Source: a virus (Duplodnaviria; Caudoviricetes). Taken from it: a DNA stretch of 50,202 nucleotides. The stretch lies in the IMG/VR virus record IMGVR_UViG_3300048852_000054, positions 1 to 50,202 of that record; one strand, 5' to 3'. Below the pieces are notes generated by a model. That model worked only from the letters and a program-made list of their open reading frames with translations. It was not told where the DNA came from and ran no database searches. Below, in pieces: positions 17,248 to 27,361 of the stretch; within the stretch, counting starts at the first letter, position 1, and each line of letters opens with the position of its first letter. Made by a program: the position numbers and the translations under genes.

Positions 17248-18887
17248 ACCAGCACCTGCAGCAGCATCGTGTCGTCCTGCGCGCGCAGGCTGTCGCCCAC
17301 CACCTGGCCGAGCCAGCCGCCGTCGAGGTCGTGCAGCGGGTAGATCAGCGACACCACGTCGCCGATGTCGCGCTTCAGGCCGATCTCCATGGGCACCTCC
17401 ACGTCATAGAGCCGGCGCGCCGGCACCGTGCCCCAGAGCGCGCCCAGGGCCTCGGCCAGCGCTTGGGCATGCGCCTGCTGCAGCAGCGCCGTGGGCAACT
17501 CCGGCGGATCCTGCGGGCGGCGGTAGGCCGCCAGCACACTCGTCGAGGCCCAGACGGCGAAGCGATTGGCCGCGGCGAGGAACTGCCGGCGGGCCTCGGT
17601 GACGTCCGGATCCAGATCCGACGTCTGCACCGTGTGGGCGTGCTGGTAGCCGACGCGCCAGCGGTAGGGTGGCGGGTCGAGTGGCGCGCCGAGTGCCCGG
17701 GGCCGCAGCGAGACGATCTCGGCCGTGGTCAGGCGCGCCACCGGCGTCGTGCCCGCCGGCAGCGCCCGCAGCGCGACCGCCCGCAGCCGGCCGTCGCGGG
17801 TTGGCACCAGGCGCGCGCCCAGGCTGGCCAGCAGCAGCCCGGCGGCCGCGGCGCCGTCCGTGGCGTCGGCCCAGTGCCAGCCGGCGGTCCAGGGATAGGC
17901 CGCGTCCAGCGCCGCGAAGGAAGTCGTGTCGAGGAACTCGGCCGGCAGGACCATGTCCTCGGCGAGCAGGTAGCGCGCCACCGCCGCGGCGGTGCTCTGC
18001 GCGCCGGCCACCACGAAGGCGCCGGTGACATCGACGGTGACGGGCCGCACGGGCCGGGTGCCGAGCTGGACCAGGCCGCGGCTGTTGTCGGTGCGATACT
18101 GCCCGGCCGGCGTGACGCCGCTGTAGAGGTCCGAGACGTTCCCGGCGAAGGGGATCTGCGCGTCCCCGCCCTCGTAGAGCGCCACCACCGTCCCCGGCCC
18201 GTCCGTGTACTGGTAGATCAGCGCCACGGGGTCCACGAGCACCGGCGTCACGTTGCGCACCGGGTAGCTGCTGCTGCCACCGCGGGTCTTGGGCTTCAGC
18301 TTGCCCGCCAGATCAGCCGGCCCCTCCAGCCCGCCGGTGCCGGCATAGGTCTCCGTCTGCAGCGGCCGTTCGATCCAGTAGCTGGCGTCGCGCAGCGGCA
18401 CGTCGAGCACCGATTCCTCGAGGAACCAGGGCTGGCCGATGCCGCAAAACACCTCCGACAGCTCGGCATAGGGTGGGTCCACCAGGTAGCCGCGGGCGGC
18501 GTCGCGGGCCTTGGTCCCCATCAGCACCCGCACCCGCCGGCCGTCGGCGTTGCTGGCGGCGGCCAGGGCATCGTACTGCCGCCCGGCATTGGCCAGGCGC
18601 AGGCTGCCCCAGCCGGCCGCCACCGCCGCGCCGGCCGGATCCAGCCGCATCGCACGGTCCAGGGCGAAGGCCTGCTCCACCGTCGGCGGGTAGAGCTGCA
18701 GCCCGTCGGCATCGCTCTCCCGGGTGCGGTAGCCCATGTCGCTGGCCCGCACCGTCTCGTCCGCCTCGGTCGGCCCGGCCTCGCCGGGGTCGTCCGCCCA
18801 GGGCTGCGCCGCCCAGGGCTCGGCACCGCCCGGCAGGGCAGCGCCCGGCCGGAAGGCGTCCATCTCGACCGCGAAGAAGCGGCTCAT
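17244..18887 (-). CDS. Minor tail / tip hub protein
   Basis: Directly downstream of the tape measure; YAGTGGLEG...GKLKP, VRNVTPVLVD. Confidence 0.7.
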   Translation of the reverse strand: MSRFFAVEMDAFRPGAALPGGAEPWAAQPWADDPGEAGPTEADETVRASDMGYRTRESDADGLQLYPPTVEQAFALDRAMRLDPAGAAVAAGWGSLRLANAGRQYDALAAASNADGRRVRVLMGTKARDAARGYLVDPPYAELSEVFCGIGQPWFLEESVLDVPLRDASYWIERPLQTETYAGTGGLEGPADLAGKLKPKTRGGSSSYPVRNVTPVLVDPVALIYQYTDGPGTVVALYEGGDAQIPFAGNVSDLYSGVTPAGQYRTDNSRGLVQLGTRPVRPVTVDVTGAFVVAGAQSTAAAVARYLLAEDMVLPAEFLDTTSFAALDAAYPWTAGWHWADATDGAAAAGLLLASLGARLVPTRDGRLRAVALRALPAGTTPVARLTTAEIVSLRPRALGAPLDPPPYRWRVGYQHAHTVQTSDLDPDVTEARRQFLAAANRFAVWASTSVLAAYRRPQDPPELPTALLQQAHAQALAEALGALWGTVPARRLYDVEVPMEIGLKRDIGDVVSLIYPLHDLDGGWLGQVVGDSLRAQDDTMLLQVLV

Positions 18888-21800
18888 GCCGCGAGCCTCG
18901 CCGGCGTCATGCCGTTCTGCCGCACCTGAGCCTGCAGCCGCTCCATTGACGCGTTCAGCCGCACCAGCTCCGCTCTCAGGATCTCGGTGTTGCTCTTCTG
19001 CTCCCGCGCGAAGATCGAGGCCGTCAGCTTGTCCTCATCCAGCGAAGTGCCGAGCGTGCCGAGGGCGGAGGTCACCCGCTCGAACAGCGCGGCGAAGCCG
19101 GCGCCGCTGCCCTCCACCTCCTGGCCCAGGTTCAGCAGCGTGCCGGCCGCGCCCTGCAGGCGGGCGAGCGCGTCGAAGTCGCCGCCCTGCGCGGCCTGGA
19201 AGAGCCGGTCGAACTCGCCCTGCGCCGCCACCAGCTGCGCGCGCGGCGAGAGCGGCGAGAGGCTGCCCGCCTGAAGCCCCGCCACGTAATCGGCCAGGGA
19301 GGTAATGACGGCGGTTGCCGTCGGCGCCGCGGCCTCGACCCGCTGCTGCTCCAGCTGCTCGATGGCGCGGGCCCGCCCCTCCTCCAGCGCGGTCTCCGCC
19401 AGGCCGAGCTCCTTGGCCTTCTTCACCGCGTCGTCATAGGTCTGGTTGAGCTGCTTCAGCGCCTCCTCGAAGGCGTCGAGCGGCTCCGCCGCCTCAGTCA
19501 GCGGCTGATAGACCTGGGTGAACCAGTCCAGGTTCTCCAGCAGCTTTTCGCTGTTGCGGCCCGAGGCGTTGACCACCTGCAGGATGTCGCCGGCGAGCTG
19601 CCCGCGCGCGCTGTCCACCAGGCCGAGCGCGGCATCCTGCAACAGCTTCTGGACACCGGCCTCGCTGCGGTCGTACCGGGTGCTGCCGCCGCCGACACCG
19701 TGCATGCGCAGGTAGATGCCGTCGCGGTTGCCGACGCCGACGTTCAGGCTGCCGTTGATGACGACGCCCAGCGCTTCCTCGAGCTTCGCATCCAGGGTCG
19801 CGATCTGCTCCACGATCTGCGAGGCAGCATCGCGGTTCTCCTGGCTGAACTTGCTGCCCATCTGGCCGCCCTGCACGATGCCGTAGTCGGCCAGGTCGAG
19901 GGTGGCGTTGCCCTCCTTGTTTGAGGGCTTCTGGCCGGGGAGGATGCTGCCAAGGATGGTGGAACCCAGCGCCACGAAGGGTGCCAGCGGCGCCGCCGGC
20001 GTCATCATCAGCGCCAACGCCGCGGCGTTGCCGACGGCCTGCACCCCGCCGCCCAGCCCGCCGCGCTGAACCCCCGAGTAGATGCCGTACCCGTAGCCGA
20101 GGGTTTGCACGCCGGCGCCAATCGCCTGTCCCCAGGTGGCATTCGTGGCCGCGTTCGGGCCGAAGATCGGCGTGTTCCACCAGCCGGGCATCATGCTCGC
20201 GCCACCAGGGCCGCCGACGCCCGGCATTGTCATGCCGCCACCGGCGGCCGGGGCGCCGCCGCCGACGCTGGGCGCGCCGAGCCCGCCCAGCGTCGCCCGC
20301 GTCCCGCCAAAAATGCTGTTCAGGATCGGATTCAGCACCGCCATGCGCAGCCCGGCCTGAATGACCTCCGAGAACACCGCCTTGGCGATGTTCTTGAAGT
20401 CGACCGCCTTCAGCGAGCCGTTGGCGAAGGCCTCGGTGATCGCGCCGCCGATCCGGTCGAAGGCCTGCTCCCCGATCCGCGCCAGCTCGTTCCAGCTGCT
20501 CTGCTGCTGCTGCAGCGCGCGCGTCTCGTCGGCGATCTGCGCCGCCATGCTGAGGCGCCGCTGATTCTCGGGGCTGTCGATGTTGGCATGCGGGTCCTGC
20601 AGGATGCGCTGCCGCTCGCGCAGGATCGCCAGTTCTCGCTCGCGGACATCGACGCTGGCCCCGACGAGCTCCGCCTCGCGCCGGATCAGCTCGAGCTGGT
20701 TGCGCTGGTCCTGCAGCGCGCGGGCACTGGTCAGGCGCGCCTGCGCTTCGGCCTGCCGGGTCAGGGACGCCGTCAGGCTGCGCGTCGCGCGCTCATGCTC
20801 CTCGCTACCCTCGGCGCCGTAGCGCAGCGCCTCGGTCCAGGCCCGCTGCGCGATCTCCGCCTCCGCGCCGGCCCGGGCGCTCTCGAGGTAGGCGTCGGCG
20901 ACGCGGTCGGTCCAGTTGACCTGCTCGTTCGCCGCCACGAGCGCGGTGTTCAGCTCCTCAAGCAGCCGCCGCTGCACCAGGCGGCGGGCCTCCGCCCGCT
21001 CGGCCACGCTGGCATGCGCGCGGCCCTCCTGCCGCGCCGCCTCGTCCACCTGCTGCTGGGCCTGCGCCAGCTCGCGCGCCGCGCCCTCGGCATAGCGGGC
21101 CAGATCGCCCTGCTGCTGCAGGCCGCGCAGGAACTCCGCCGTCGGGCCCGCCATGCCCTCCAGCTGCGCCCGTAGCTCGCGCATGGCGTCGCGGATCGCC
21201 CGCGCCTGGTCCGGCGTGGCCCCCGGCAGCGCGTCCCCCAGCTGCCGCAGCTGGTCCTGGACGTTCTCCCGCTGGTACTGGCGCGGGTTGATCTGCTGCA
21301 CCAGCGCCATGGCGCGGTTGACGCGGTCGTTGGCTGGCTCCGCCGCCGCTGCCGCGGCCGGCGCGCCTTCGCCGAACAGGAAGCGCGTCAGCCGGTTGTC
21401 GGTCAGGAACCGGGCGATGGACGCCAGCCCTTCGACCAGCGCCGTCACGCGACGCACCACCAGGGCCAGCCCCGCGGCGAGCGCCGAGCCGATCGCCTCC
21501 ACCACCGGCGACAGCGCCTGCCAGAGCTGCGTGAAGGCCTGCGACAGTTCATCCATGGCCCGCTGCAGCGGCGTCTTGGCCATGTCGCCCGCGGCGCGGT
21601 CCAGGGCCTCGATCACCAGCCGGTTGGCCTCCGCGACGCGGCCCTGGTTCTCCAGCCGCTGGATGGTGCGCACCAGGCTCTCGTCCATGGTGCGCAGGCC
21701 CTCGTCGGCGAGCTTGCGGGCGGCGGCGGCCGGCTTGTCGAGGGCCTCCGCCAGCCGCGCCGCAGCCTCCGGCGCCGTGCTGCCCATGACGATGGCGAGG

Positions 21801-22642
21801 CGGTTGGACAGCCCCACCAGCTGTTCGAGGTCCGCCGCCGAGCCGGCGAAGCCGCGGCTGCCCGCGATCACCTGCCCGGCCGAACGGGCATCCGCCGTGC
21901 TGAGGCTGGAGGAGGCCGCCATCCTGCGGGCGGTCTCGTCCACGGTCCGGGCGAGGGCCTCGTAGTCGTTGCGGGTGGTGCGGAGGCGATTCGACAGGCC
22001 GTTGAGGGCGCGGGCATGGGTCTCGGCCGCGATCGCCGCGCCGGCCACTGCCGCGGTGGCCACGACAGCCGCAGCCGCGACCGGATTGATGCTGGCGCGC
22101 AGCAGCGCGAAGGCGCGGCCGATGCCGCCGACGGCATCCGCCATCTGCGGCCCCTGCTGGATCAGCACCAGCAGCGGGCTCGTGCCGCCGGCCAACTGGA
22201 CCGCCATGTCGGCGATCTGCGGCGAGAGCTGCTGCAACTCGCGCCCCGTCAGGCGCATGGACTCGCCGGCGGCGCTGTTCATGCGCTGCAGCGCCCGCAG
22301 CCGCTCCTCGGCCTCGCGCGACCGGTTGCTGAGGGTTGCCAGTGCCCGGGCGGCCTGATCGGAGGTGATCTCGCCCCGCGCGACGCCATCGGCCAGGGCC
22401 TTCTCGGCATTGGCCAGGTCGCGCTTCGCCCTCTCCGCCTTGCGCGCCGCCTGGGTGATCTCATCGGCGGAGGAGACCCAGCCCTTGGCCGAGCGCTCCG
22501 ACCGGGTGACCCGCTGCTCCGTCTCGGACACCTGGGCGCCGAGCCGCTCGACCGCCTGCCGGGCCGCCTCGGCGCCGGCGCTCATCTGGTCCTCGAAGCG
22601 CGAGCGGAAGACAGCCTCGGTCACCTGCGAGACAGTGGCCAT
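18884..22642 (-). CDS. Tail tape measure protein
   Basis: 1252 aa Ala-rich helical protein; QIADMAVQLAGGTSPLLVLIQQGPQ lambda-TMP-like motif. Confidence 0.92.
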   Translation of the reverse strand: MATVSQVTEAVFRSRFEDQMSAGAEAARQAVERLGAQVSETEQRVTRSERSAKGWVSSADEITQAARKAERAKRDLANAEKALADGVARGEITSDQAARALATLSNRSREAEERLRALQRMNSAAGESMRLTGRELQQLSPQIADMAVQLAGGTSPLLVLIQQGPQMADAVGGIGRAFALLRASINPVAAAAVVATAAVAGAAIAAETHARALNGLSNRLRTTRNDYEALARTVDETARRMAASSSLSTADARSAGQVIAGSRGFAGSAADLEQLVGLSNRLAIVMGSTAPEAAARLAEALDKPAAAARKLADEGLRTMDESLVRTIQRLENQGRVAEANRLVIEALDRAAGDMAKTPLQRAMDELSQAFTQLWQALSPVVEAIGSALAAGLALVVRRVTALVEGLASIARFLTDNRLTRFLFGEGAPAAAAAAEPANDRVNRAMALVQQINPRQYQRENVQDQLRQLGDALPGATPDQARAIRDAMRELRAQLEGMAGPTAEFLRGLQQQGDLARYAEGAARELAQAQQQVDEAARQEGRAHASVAERAEARRLVQRRLLEELNTALVAANEQVNWTDRVADAYLESARAGAEAEIAQRAWTEALRYGAEGSEEHERATRSLTASLTRQAEAQARLTSARALQDQRNQLELIRREAELVGASVDVRERELAILRERQRILQDPHANIDSPENQRRLSMAAQIADETRALQQQQSSWNELARIGEQAFDRIGGAITEAFANGSLKAVDFKNIAKAVFSEVIQAGLRMAVLNPILNSIFGGTRATLGGLGAPSVGGGAPAAGGGMTMPGVGGPGGASMMPGWWNTPIFGPNAATNATWGQAIGAGVQTLGYGYGIYSGVQRGGLGGGVQAVGNAAALALMMTPAAPLAPFVALGSTILGSILPGQKPSNKEGNATLDLADYGIVQGGQMGSKFSQENRDAASQIVEQIATLDAKLEEALGVVINGSLNVGVGNRDGIYLRMHGVGGGSTRYDRSEAGVQKLLQDAALGLVDSARGQLAGDILQVVNASGRNSEKLLENLDWFTQVYQPLTEAAEPLDAFEEALKQLNQTYDDAVKKAKELGLAETALEEGRARAIEQLEQQRVEAAAPTATAVITSLADYVAGLQAGSLSPLSPRAQLVAAQGEFDRLFQAAQGGDFDALARLQGAAGTLLNLGQEVEGSGAGFAALFERVTSALGTLGTSLDEDKLTASIFAREQKSNTEILRAELVRLNASMERLQAQVRQNGMTPARLAA

Positions 22643-22654
22643 GGGTCCTCCTAG

Positions 22655-23284
22655 CTAGCGGGCGGAGATGACGAGTGCGGGACTCTCGACCGGCCGGCCC
22701 TGGTTGCGGCCGGCGCGAAGCAGGTACTGGCCCGGAAAGCGCATGGTGTAGACGCGCTTTGCGGTCACGCTGTTGCCGAAGCGGCGGCGCACCGCCGCGG
22801 CGGCGTCGGAGAAGATGCCGGACGGCACGCTGACGCGGAGCGACTGTCCACCCACCAGCTGCACGTCGAGCTTGCGGCTGTAGGGCTGCATGTTGCCGAT
22901 GACGATCTCGGACACCTCGCCCATCGTCACCGGGTTGAAGCGGGCGGCCGGCACGAAGCGGCCGTCCAGCCCCAGGTAGAAGCTGGCGCGATAGGCGCCG
23001 CTGTCGCGCGGTGATCGCTGCTGCAGGAAGCCGAGCGCGAAGGCCGCCGCGGCGGCCATCTGGTCGAAGCGGTAGACGATCACGCCGTCCGGCCGCACCG
23101 ATTCCTCGGCAGCGCCCTCGCGGCCGTCGACGATGCGCCGGTACTGCTCCGGCGCCCGGCCGGAGCGGATCAGATCCGCCACCCCGGCCTTGGCCGCCTG
23201 CGCCAGCGCCGCCGACTGCTGCTGCGGCGAGAGCGCGCGCGCGAGGAAGACATCCACGCTGCGCCGGAACGCCGCACCGCTCAT
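22655..23284 (-). CDS. Putative neck/tail-completion protein
   Basis: SPRDSGAYRAS and NMQPYSRKL resemble HK97 gp10-like proteins. Confidence 0.55.
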   Translation of the reverse strand: MSGAAFRRSVDVFLARALSPQQQSAALAQAAKAGVADLIRSGRAPEQYRRIVDGREGAAEESVRPDGVIVYRFDQMAAAAAFALGFLQQRSPRDSGAYRASFYLGLDGRFVPAARFNPVTMGEVSEIVIGNMQPYSRKLDVQLVGGQSLRVSVPSGIFSDAAAAVRRRFGNSVTAKRVYTMRFPGQYLLRAGRNQGRPVESPALVISAR

Positions 23285-23622
23285 GTCGCGCCCGCCTTCT
23301 GCCGCGCTTTCCAGCAGTCCATGAACACCGCGTCCATGACCTGGAAGCAGCGATCAAGGAACACCGCCTGGTCGGGCCCGTAGCCGTGGCGATCGGCCCA
23401 GGCCATCACCGCCGTCCAGGGGATCCGCCCGGGCTGCGGCCCCGCCATGCCGCCGTCGATCCAGGGGCGGTCCTGGTGCAGCCGATGCCAGGCCCGCCAG
23501 ACCCAGTGCAGCCAGTCCGCCAGCTCCGGGGCCTGCGGCCGGCAGTCGTCCTCATCCTCCAGCGCTGCCAGGAAGCCGCCGAAGCGGCCCCAGGTCAGGT
23601 GCCACCGGAGGACCTCGGTCAG
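23281..23622 (-). CDS. Tail assembly chaperone 'T' segment, expressed by -1 frameshift (absent from the ORF track)
   Basis: 113-codon open -1 frame LTEVLRWHLTW...WRAWHRLHQDRP...IPWTAVMAWADRHG...MDAVF directly after the G-GGA-AAC site. Confidence 0.85.
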   Translation of the reverse strand: MTEVLRWHLTWGRFGGFLAALEDEDDCRPQAPELADWLHWVWRAWHRLHQDRPWIDGGMAGPQPGRIPWTAVMAWADRHGYGPDQAVFLDRCFQVMDAVFMDCWKARQKAGAT

Positions 23623-24029
23623 TTTCCCGAGGCGTCCTCGAGATCCGCCGTCCGGCGCTGCCCGACCTTGCCGGCTGCCTTGAAGCAGGCCACGACCAGC
23701 TCGGCGTAGTTGGGGTCGCGCAGCAGGTCGCAGAACTCGTCATGCGTGACGGGCTTGCCGTCGTCATGGGTCAGGTTGCGCACGTCCAGCACCACATGCT
23801 GGATCAGGCAGTCCACGTTGATGCTGCGGCGGATCGCGCTCGGCAGCTTCGACACGTCGCCGCCGAGGCCGACCGCGGCGCGGCGCTGCCGGGCCGCCTG
23901 GGCATCGAAGTAGGCATCGGTGAAGCCGCGGGTGCGGATCTCGAGGTCGTCGTATTCCTCGCCGACGCGCACCCATTCGCCCTCGGCAATCGCCTTGGCG
24001 TCCTGCTTGAACGAACTGAGCTTGGCCAT
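23619..24029 (-). CDS. Tail assembly chaperone 'G'
   Basis: Follows the tail tube gene; ends ...SGN* on slippery G-GGA-AAC (23622-23628). Confidence 0.85.
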   Translation of the reverse strand: MAKLSSFKQDAKAIAEGEWVRVGEEYDDLEIRTRGFTDAYFDAQAARQRRAAVGLGGDVSKLPSAIRRSINVDCLIQHVVLDVRNLTHDDGKPVTHDEFCDLLRDPNYAELVVACFKAAGKVGQRRTADLEDASGN

Positions 24030-24146
24030 GGTGGTCTGATCTCCTGCGGGAGAGATGCGGGGTTGCGGGAAGGTGGTGGCGGCAGCCCCCGCAGGCCGCC
24101 GCCACCGGTGCGCCGCGCGGCGCTACCCGGCCGAGGCCGGGATCGG

Positions 24147-25343
24147 TCAGGCGGCCGGCGCCCGGTCGATCTGCAGGGTCTTGCTCGTGGTGGCGTCCGG
24201 GTTCAGCTCGAGCGCGAACTCCGCCATCACCGCCTGACCCGGGCCGCCGGCGACGATCTGCGGATTCACGATCGTGGTGTTCAGCCCGGTGAAGACGTAG
24301 CCGGCGCCGGTGTCGTCCGCGGTGCGGAAGGCGATCCGCCCGACGGCCTCCGACTTGAAGCGGTCGTACAGCGTGAAGTCCTTGAAGAAGGTCCGCAGGC
24401 GCCCCGCGCCGGTGAAGGTGCCACCCAGCATGCCCGCCGCGGCGGCGCTGCCGAGGCCGTACTGCGCCGCGGCGCCCTCGTTGGTGAGGTCGAGCGAGAA
24501 GCTCTCCACCGTGGCGCCGATCGCCGCGTCATCCAGCAGCAGCGTGCCGAGGCCGGCGACGGTGTCGTGCACGCGGCCCGTCGGCGCGGCGGTGATGGCG
24601 CCGGTGGAGGCGTCCGTGGTCGCCTTCATCTCCTGCTGCGCGGCCAGGGTGAAGCTGCCGGACACTGGCTGGCCGAGGGCGGCAGCGATGCTGCCGGCGG
24701 TCACGTAGCTGCCCGGGTAGCGCAGGAACTGGCCAGCCCCGACCTGCTTCTGGAGATAGAAGCTCTGGAAGTTCACGCCGTTGCGCAGCATGGAGCCGCG
24801 GATCTTCGCCGCGGTGCCCGCCGGGGTCTCGTTCGTCACCGTTTTGCCGGCCAGGGTGATGTCCTGCGCCGAGGCCTTGGCCGAGACCCGGTACCAGCCA
24901 TTGTTGGTGTTCGCGCCGGGCGCGAAGCCGGACAGCTTGATCCACTGGCCGACGGCGATGGCGGTGAACCTCCCGGCCGTGGTGGAGGTCAGCTTGTTGC
25001 CGGTCGCGACCGTGCTGATGTCGCCGGCGGCGCTGTCGATGGCCAGCGGCGTCGACCAGTCGTCGCCGAGCAGGCCCGCGAACAGATCGTCGAAGGTGCC
25101 GTAGGACAGGGCGAAGCTGATCTGGCCGCCGGCACTCTCCTGGGTGGTGATCGCGGCCGAGGCCTGCCGGCTGGCGTTGATCTCGCTCGGACGCTGGCGG
25201 GTCTTCTGGCCCGACAGGCTCTCCGAGGTGAGGCGCAGCGCCTTGAAGGCCACGCTGGGCAGCGTGCCCCAGGCCGTCTCGGCGGCGTAGCTCAGAACGA
25301 CGGCATTGGTCTCGACGCCCGCGGCGTAGCCCGCAGTGGCCAT
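24147..25343 (-). CDS. Major tail tube protein
   Basis: ETAWGT...LRLTSESL, GGQISFALSYGTFDDLF; position in the tail module. Confidence 0.85.
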   Translation of the reverse strand: MATAGYAAGVETNAVVLSYAAETAWGTLPSVAFKALRLTSESLSGQKTRQRPSEINASRQASAAITTQESAGGQISFALSYGTFDDLFAGLLGDDWSTPLAIDSAAGDISTVATGNKLTSTTAGRFTAIAVGQWIKLSGFAPGANTNNGWYRVSAKASAQDITLAGKTVTNETPAGTAAKIRGSMLRNGVNFQSFYLQKQVGAGQFLRYPGSYVTAGSIAAALGQPVSGSFTLAAQQEMKATTDASTGAITAAPTGRVHDTVAGLGTLLLDDAAIGATVESFSLDLTNEGAAAQYGLGSAAAAGMLGGTFTGAGRLRTFFKDFTLYDRFKSEAVGRIAFRTADDTGAGYVFTGLNTTIVNPQIVAGGPGQAVMAEFALELNPDATTSKTLQIDRAPAA

Positions 25344-25408
25344 GGCTCATCTCCAAAGCTGTGGAAAGGCCGCGCGCGGCGGCTGGATAGGCGCCAGCGG
25401 CGCCGGGA

Positions 25409-25810
25409 TCACCGGTCCTGGTAGCGGTACCGGATGCTGAGGGAGAGGCGGTGGTAGACCCCGGCGGCGTCACCGGGCCCGCCGGGATCAAAGCCCGCGC
25501 CGTCATAGACGACGGGCCCCGGCGGCAGGCCGCGGAACAGGTTCGCGACCGCCTTGCGCAGCGCCAAGCCGTCCGTGACGCCGGTGCCGGTCGGCACCAT
25601 CACATGCACCAGGATGGCGCCGTGCTCCTGCCAGACGCCGGCGCCGCCGAGCTCGATCGGCTCCGACAGGTCGCCGGAGATCTCCACCAGCAGCCACGGG
25701 GCGGGCGGCTCTGGCTTGTCGAAGGCCTCGTTCGGCCAGGCGAAGGGCACGCCGAGGCCGCCGGCCTCGAGCCGGGCACGGGCATCAGCCCAGACCTCAG
25801 GGCTGCTCAT
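25409..25810 (-). CDS. Tail terminator protein
   Basis: AWPNEAF.KP...W, G...VHVMVPTGTG; just upstream of the tube gene. Confidence 0.7.
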   Translation of the reverse strand: MSSPEVWADARARLEAGGLGVPFAWPNEAFDKPEPPAPWLLVEISGDLSEPIELGGAGVWQEHGAILVHVMVPTGTGVTDGLALRKAVANLFRGLPPGPVVYDGAGFDPGGPGDAAGVYHRLSLSIRYRYQDR

Positions 25811-26136
25811 GCGCCACCCCGTGCCCAGATGCTCCAGCCGATCAGCGCCGCGCCCTCGTGCACCGGCCTTGCGGCGCCCTGGATCGCGTAGCTGCGCCCG
25901 TCCACCACCAGGCGGTCGGGCTTCGCCGGCGGAGTGGTCCAGCCCGCCGCGGCGATCTCTTCGGCCAGGATCTCCACCCGGACGTCTCCCTGCTGCACGC
26001 CGCCCAGCAACTCCTGTGGCTGGTAGTCCCGCAGGAAGCCCACCAGTGGCAGGTCAGGCTCTCCGTTGCGGCGCAGCACCATGGGGCGGCCCTTGCCGGC
26101 GATCTGCCGCCGGCGGGCCTGCGCGAGCGCGCCCAT
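25807..26136 (-). CDS. Head-closure / head-tail joining protein
   Basis: ATG overlaps the upstream stop; GVQQGDVRV...PDRLVVDGRSYAI. Confidence 0.65.
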   Translation of the reverse strand: MGALAQARRRQIAGKGRPMVLRRNGEPDLPLVGFLRDYQPQELLGGVQQGDVRVEILAEEIAAAGWTTPPAKPDRLVVDGRSYAIQGAARPVHEGAALIGWSIWARGGA

Positions 26137-26765
26137 CAGGCGAAGGAAATCCGGCGCCAGGGCGCCAGCAGGCCGGCCGCCTGCGGCGGCAGCCCCTCCA
26201 TGCCGCCGCGTGGGTCCAGGAAGCTGGTGCTGCCCACCCCCTCGACCGCTTCGGAGCGAAGCAGCGGGTCGCGGCCGCGAGCATGCCACATGGCCGCCGC
26301 GGCCAGGATGCAGGCCCGCTCGATCTCGGGCGGGAGGTCGCGGCCGTCCTGGCCCGGCAGCAGCCAGCCGGCCGCGTAGTCGACCACGATGCCGGTGGCG
26401 ATCCAGCGGCAGCGCTCGCCGGCAGAGAGGCGCCAGAGCAGGCCGGATGCAAGATCGGCCTCCCAGTTCTCGGCCGCAACCGCCGTGCCCGCCTCCGTGA
26501 CGGCGGTGATGGCCGCGACCGGGCCGCAGGAGAGGACCAGGACCTCAAGCGGGCGCCAGAGGCGGAAAGCCTCCCGCAGCGTCTGGCGCGCCATGGCCAG
26601 GCCGCACCAGCGGGCGGTGGCGGCGGAGGCCTGGTCGAGCAGGCCCTCGAGCGCCACGTCGGAGGTCGGGTCGCTGGCGGGAATGGACAGCTCCGCCTTC
26701 AGCGCCTCGAGCGTCGCCAGCCGCGTTGCCGCCGGCAGCGTGATCACCGTGACGATGCTGTCCAT
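26136..26765 (-). CDS. Head-tail connector (HK97 gp6-like adaptor)
   Basis: LATLEALKAEL..., VDYAAGW, LPPEIERAC, LLAPWRR. Confidence 0.8.
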   Translation of the reverse strand: MDSIVTVITLPAATRLATLEALKAELSIPASDPTSDVALEGLLDQASAATARWCGLAMARQTLREAFRLWRPLEVLVLSCGPVAAITAVTEAGTAVAAENWEADLASGLLWRLSAGERCRWIATGIVVDYAAGWLLPGQDGRDLPPEIERACILAAAAMWHARGRDPLLRSEAVEGVGSTSFLDPRGGMEGLPPQAAGLLAPWRRISFA

Positions 26766-26819
26766 GGTCGTGCCTCAGTCAGGCCAGCAGACGAATGGGG
26801 AGGCTGAAGCCGCCGCCCG

Positions 26820-27287
26820 TCAGATCGCGGTCGGGCTGGTCAGCACGTAGGCCGTGGCGACCTTCGCCGTGTCGGTGCCGGCGGCGGAGAGATCGGGTGT
26901 GAACTTCACGCGCACATGCCGCTTCGCCTCCGCGAGGTTGATGCCGAGCACGCCGGCGCCGGTGACAGTGCCGCCGCCGGTCGGACCGGTGAGCGTCAGG
27001 ACCGTCTCGTCCGTGCCGATCTCGGCCCAGGCCGAGCCGTCGTCGCTGTGCTCCCAGATCGCGGTCACCGTCAGGGTTGCCGCCGCGGCGAGCGTCGCCG
27101 TCGCGGCGATCACCGCCGTGCCGGACTGAAAGCGGCGGGTGCCGAAGTTGTCGCGCAGGTCGAGCGCGGCGCCCGTCTGCTCGGCATTGTCGGAGCCGGC
27201 GCCGGCGGTCAGGTCGTACTCCGCCTTGCAGTAGACGGGCGTCATCAGGGCCGCATCGTCGCGGCCCAGCGCAGTGCTGATGGGCAT
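26820..27287 (-). CDS. Virion protein, putative head decoration
   Basis: Directly after the capsid gene; beta-rich with EHSDDG..W and KRHVRV. Confidence 0.55.
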   Translation of the reverse strand: MPISTALGRDDAALMTPVYCKAEYDLTAGAGSDNAEQTGAALDLRDNFGTRRFQSGTAVIAATATLAAAATLTVTAIWEHSDDGSAWAEIGTDETVLTLTGPTGGGTVTGAGVLGINLAEAKRHVRVKFTPDLSAAGTDTAKVATAYVLTSPTAI

Positions 27288-27361
27288 GGGTCAGGATCTC
27301 TCTGTCAGGGGGCCGAACGAAGAGGGGCGGCTATGCACCCCTCCACTGGCTCAGGACGGCG

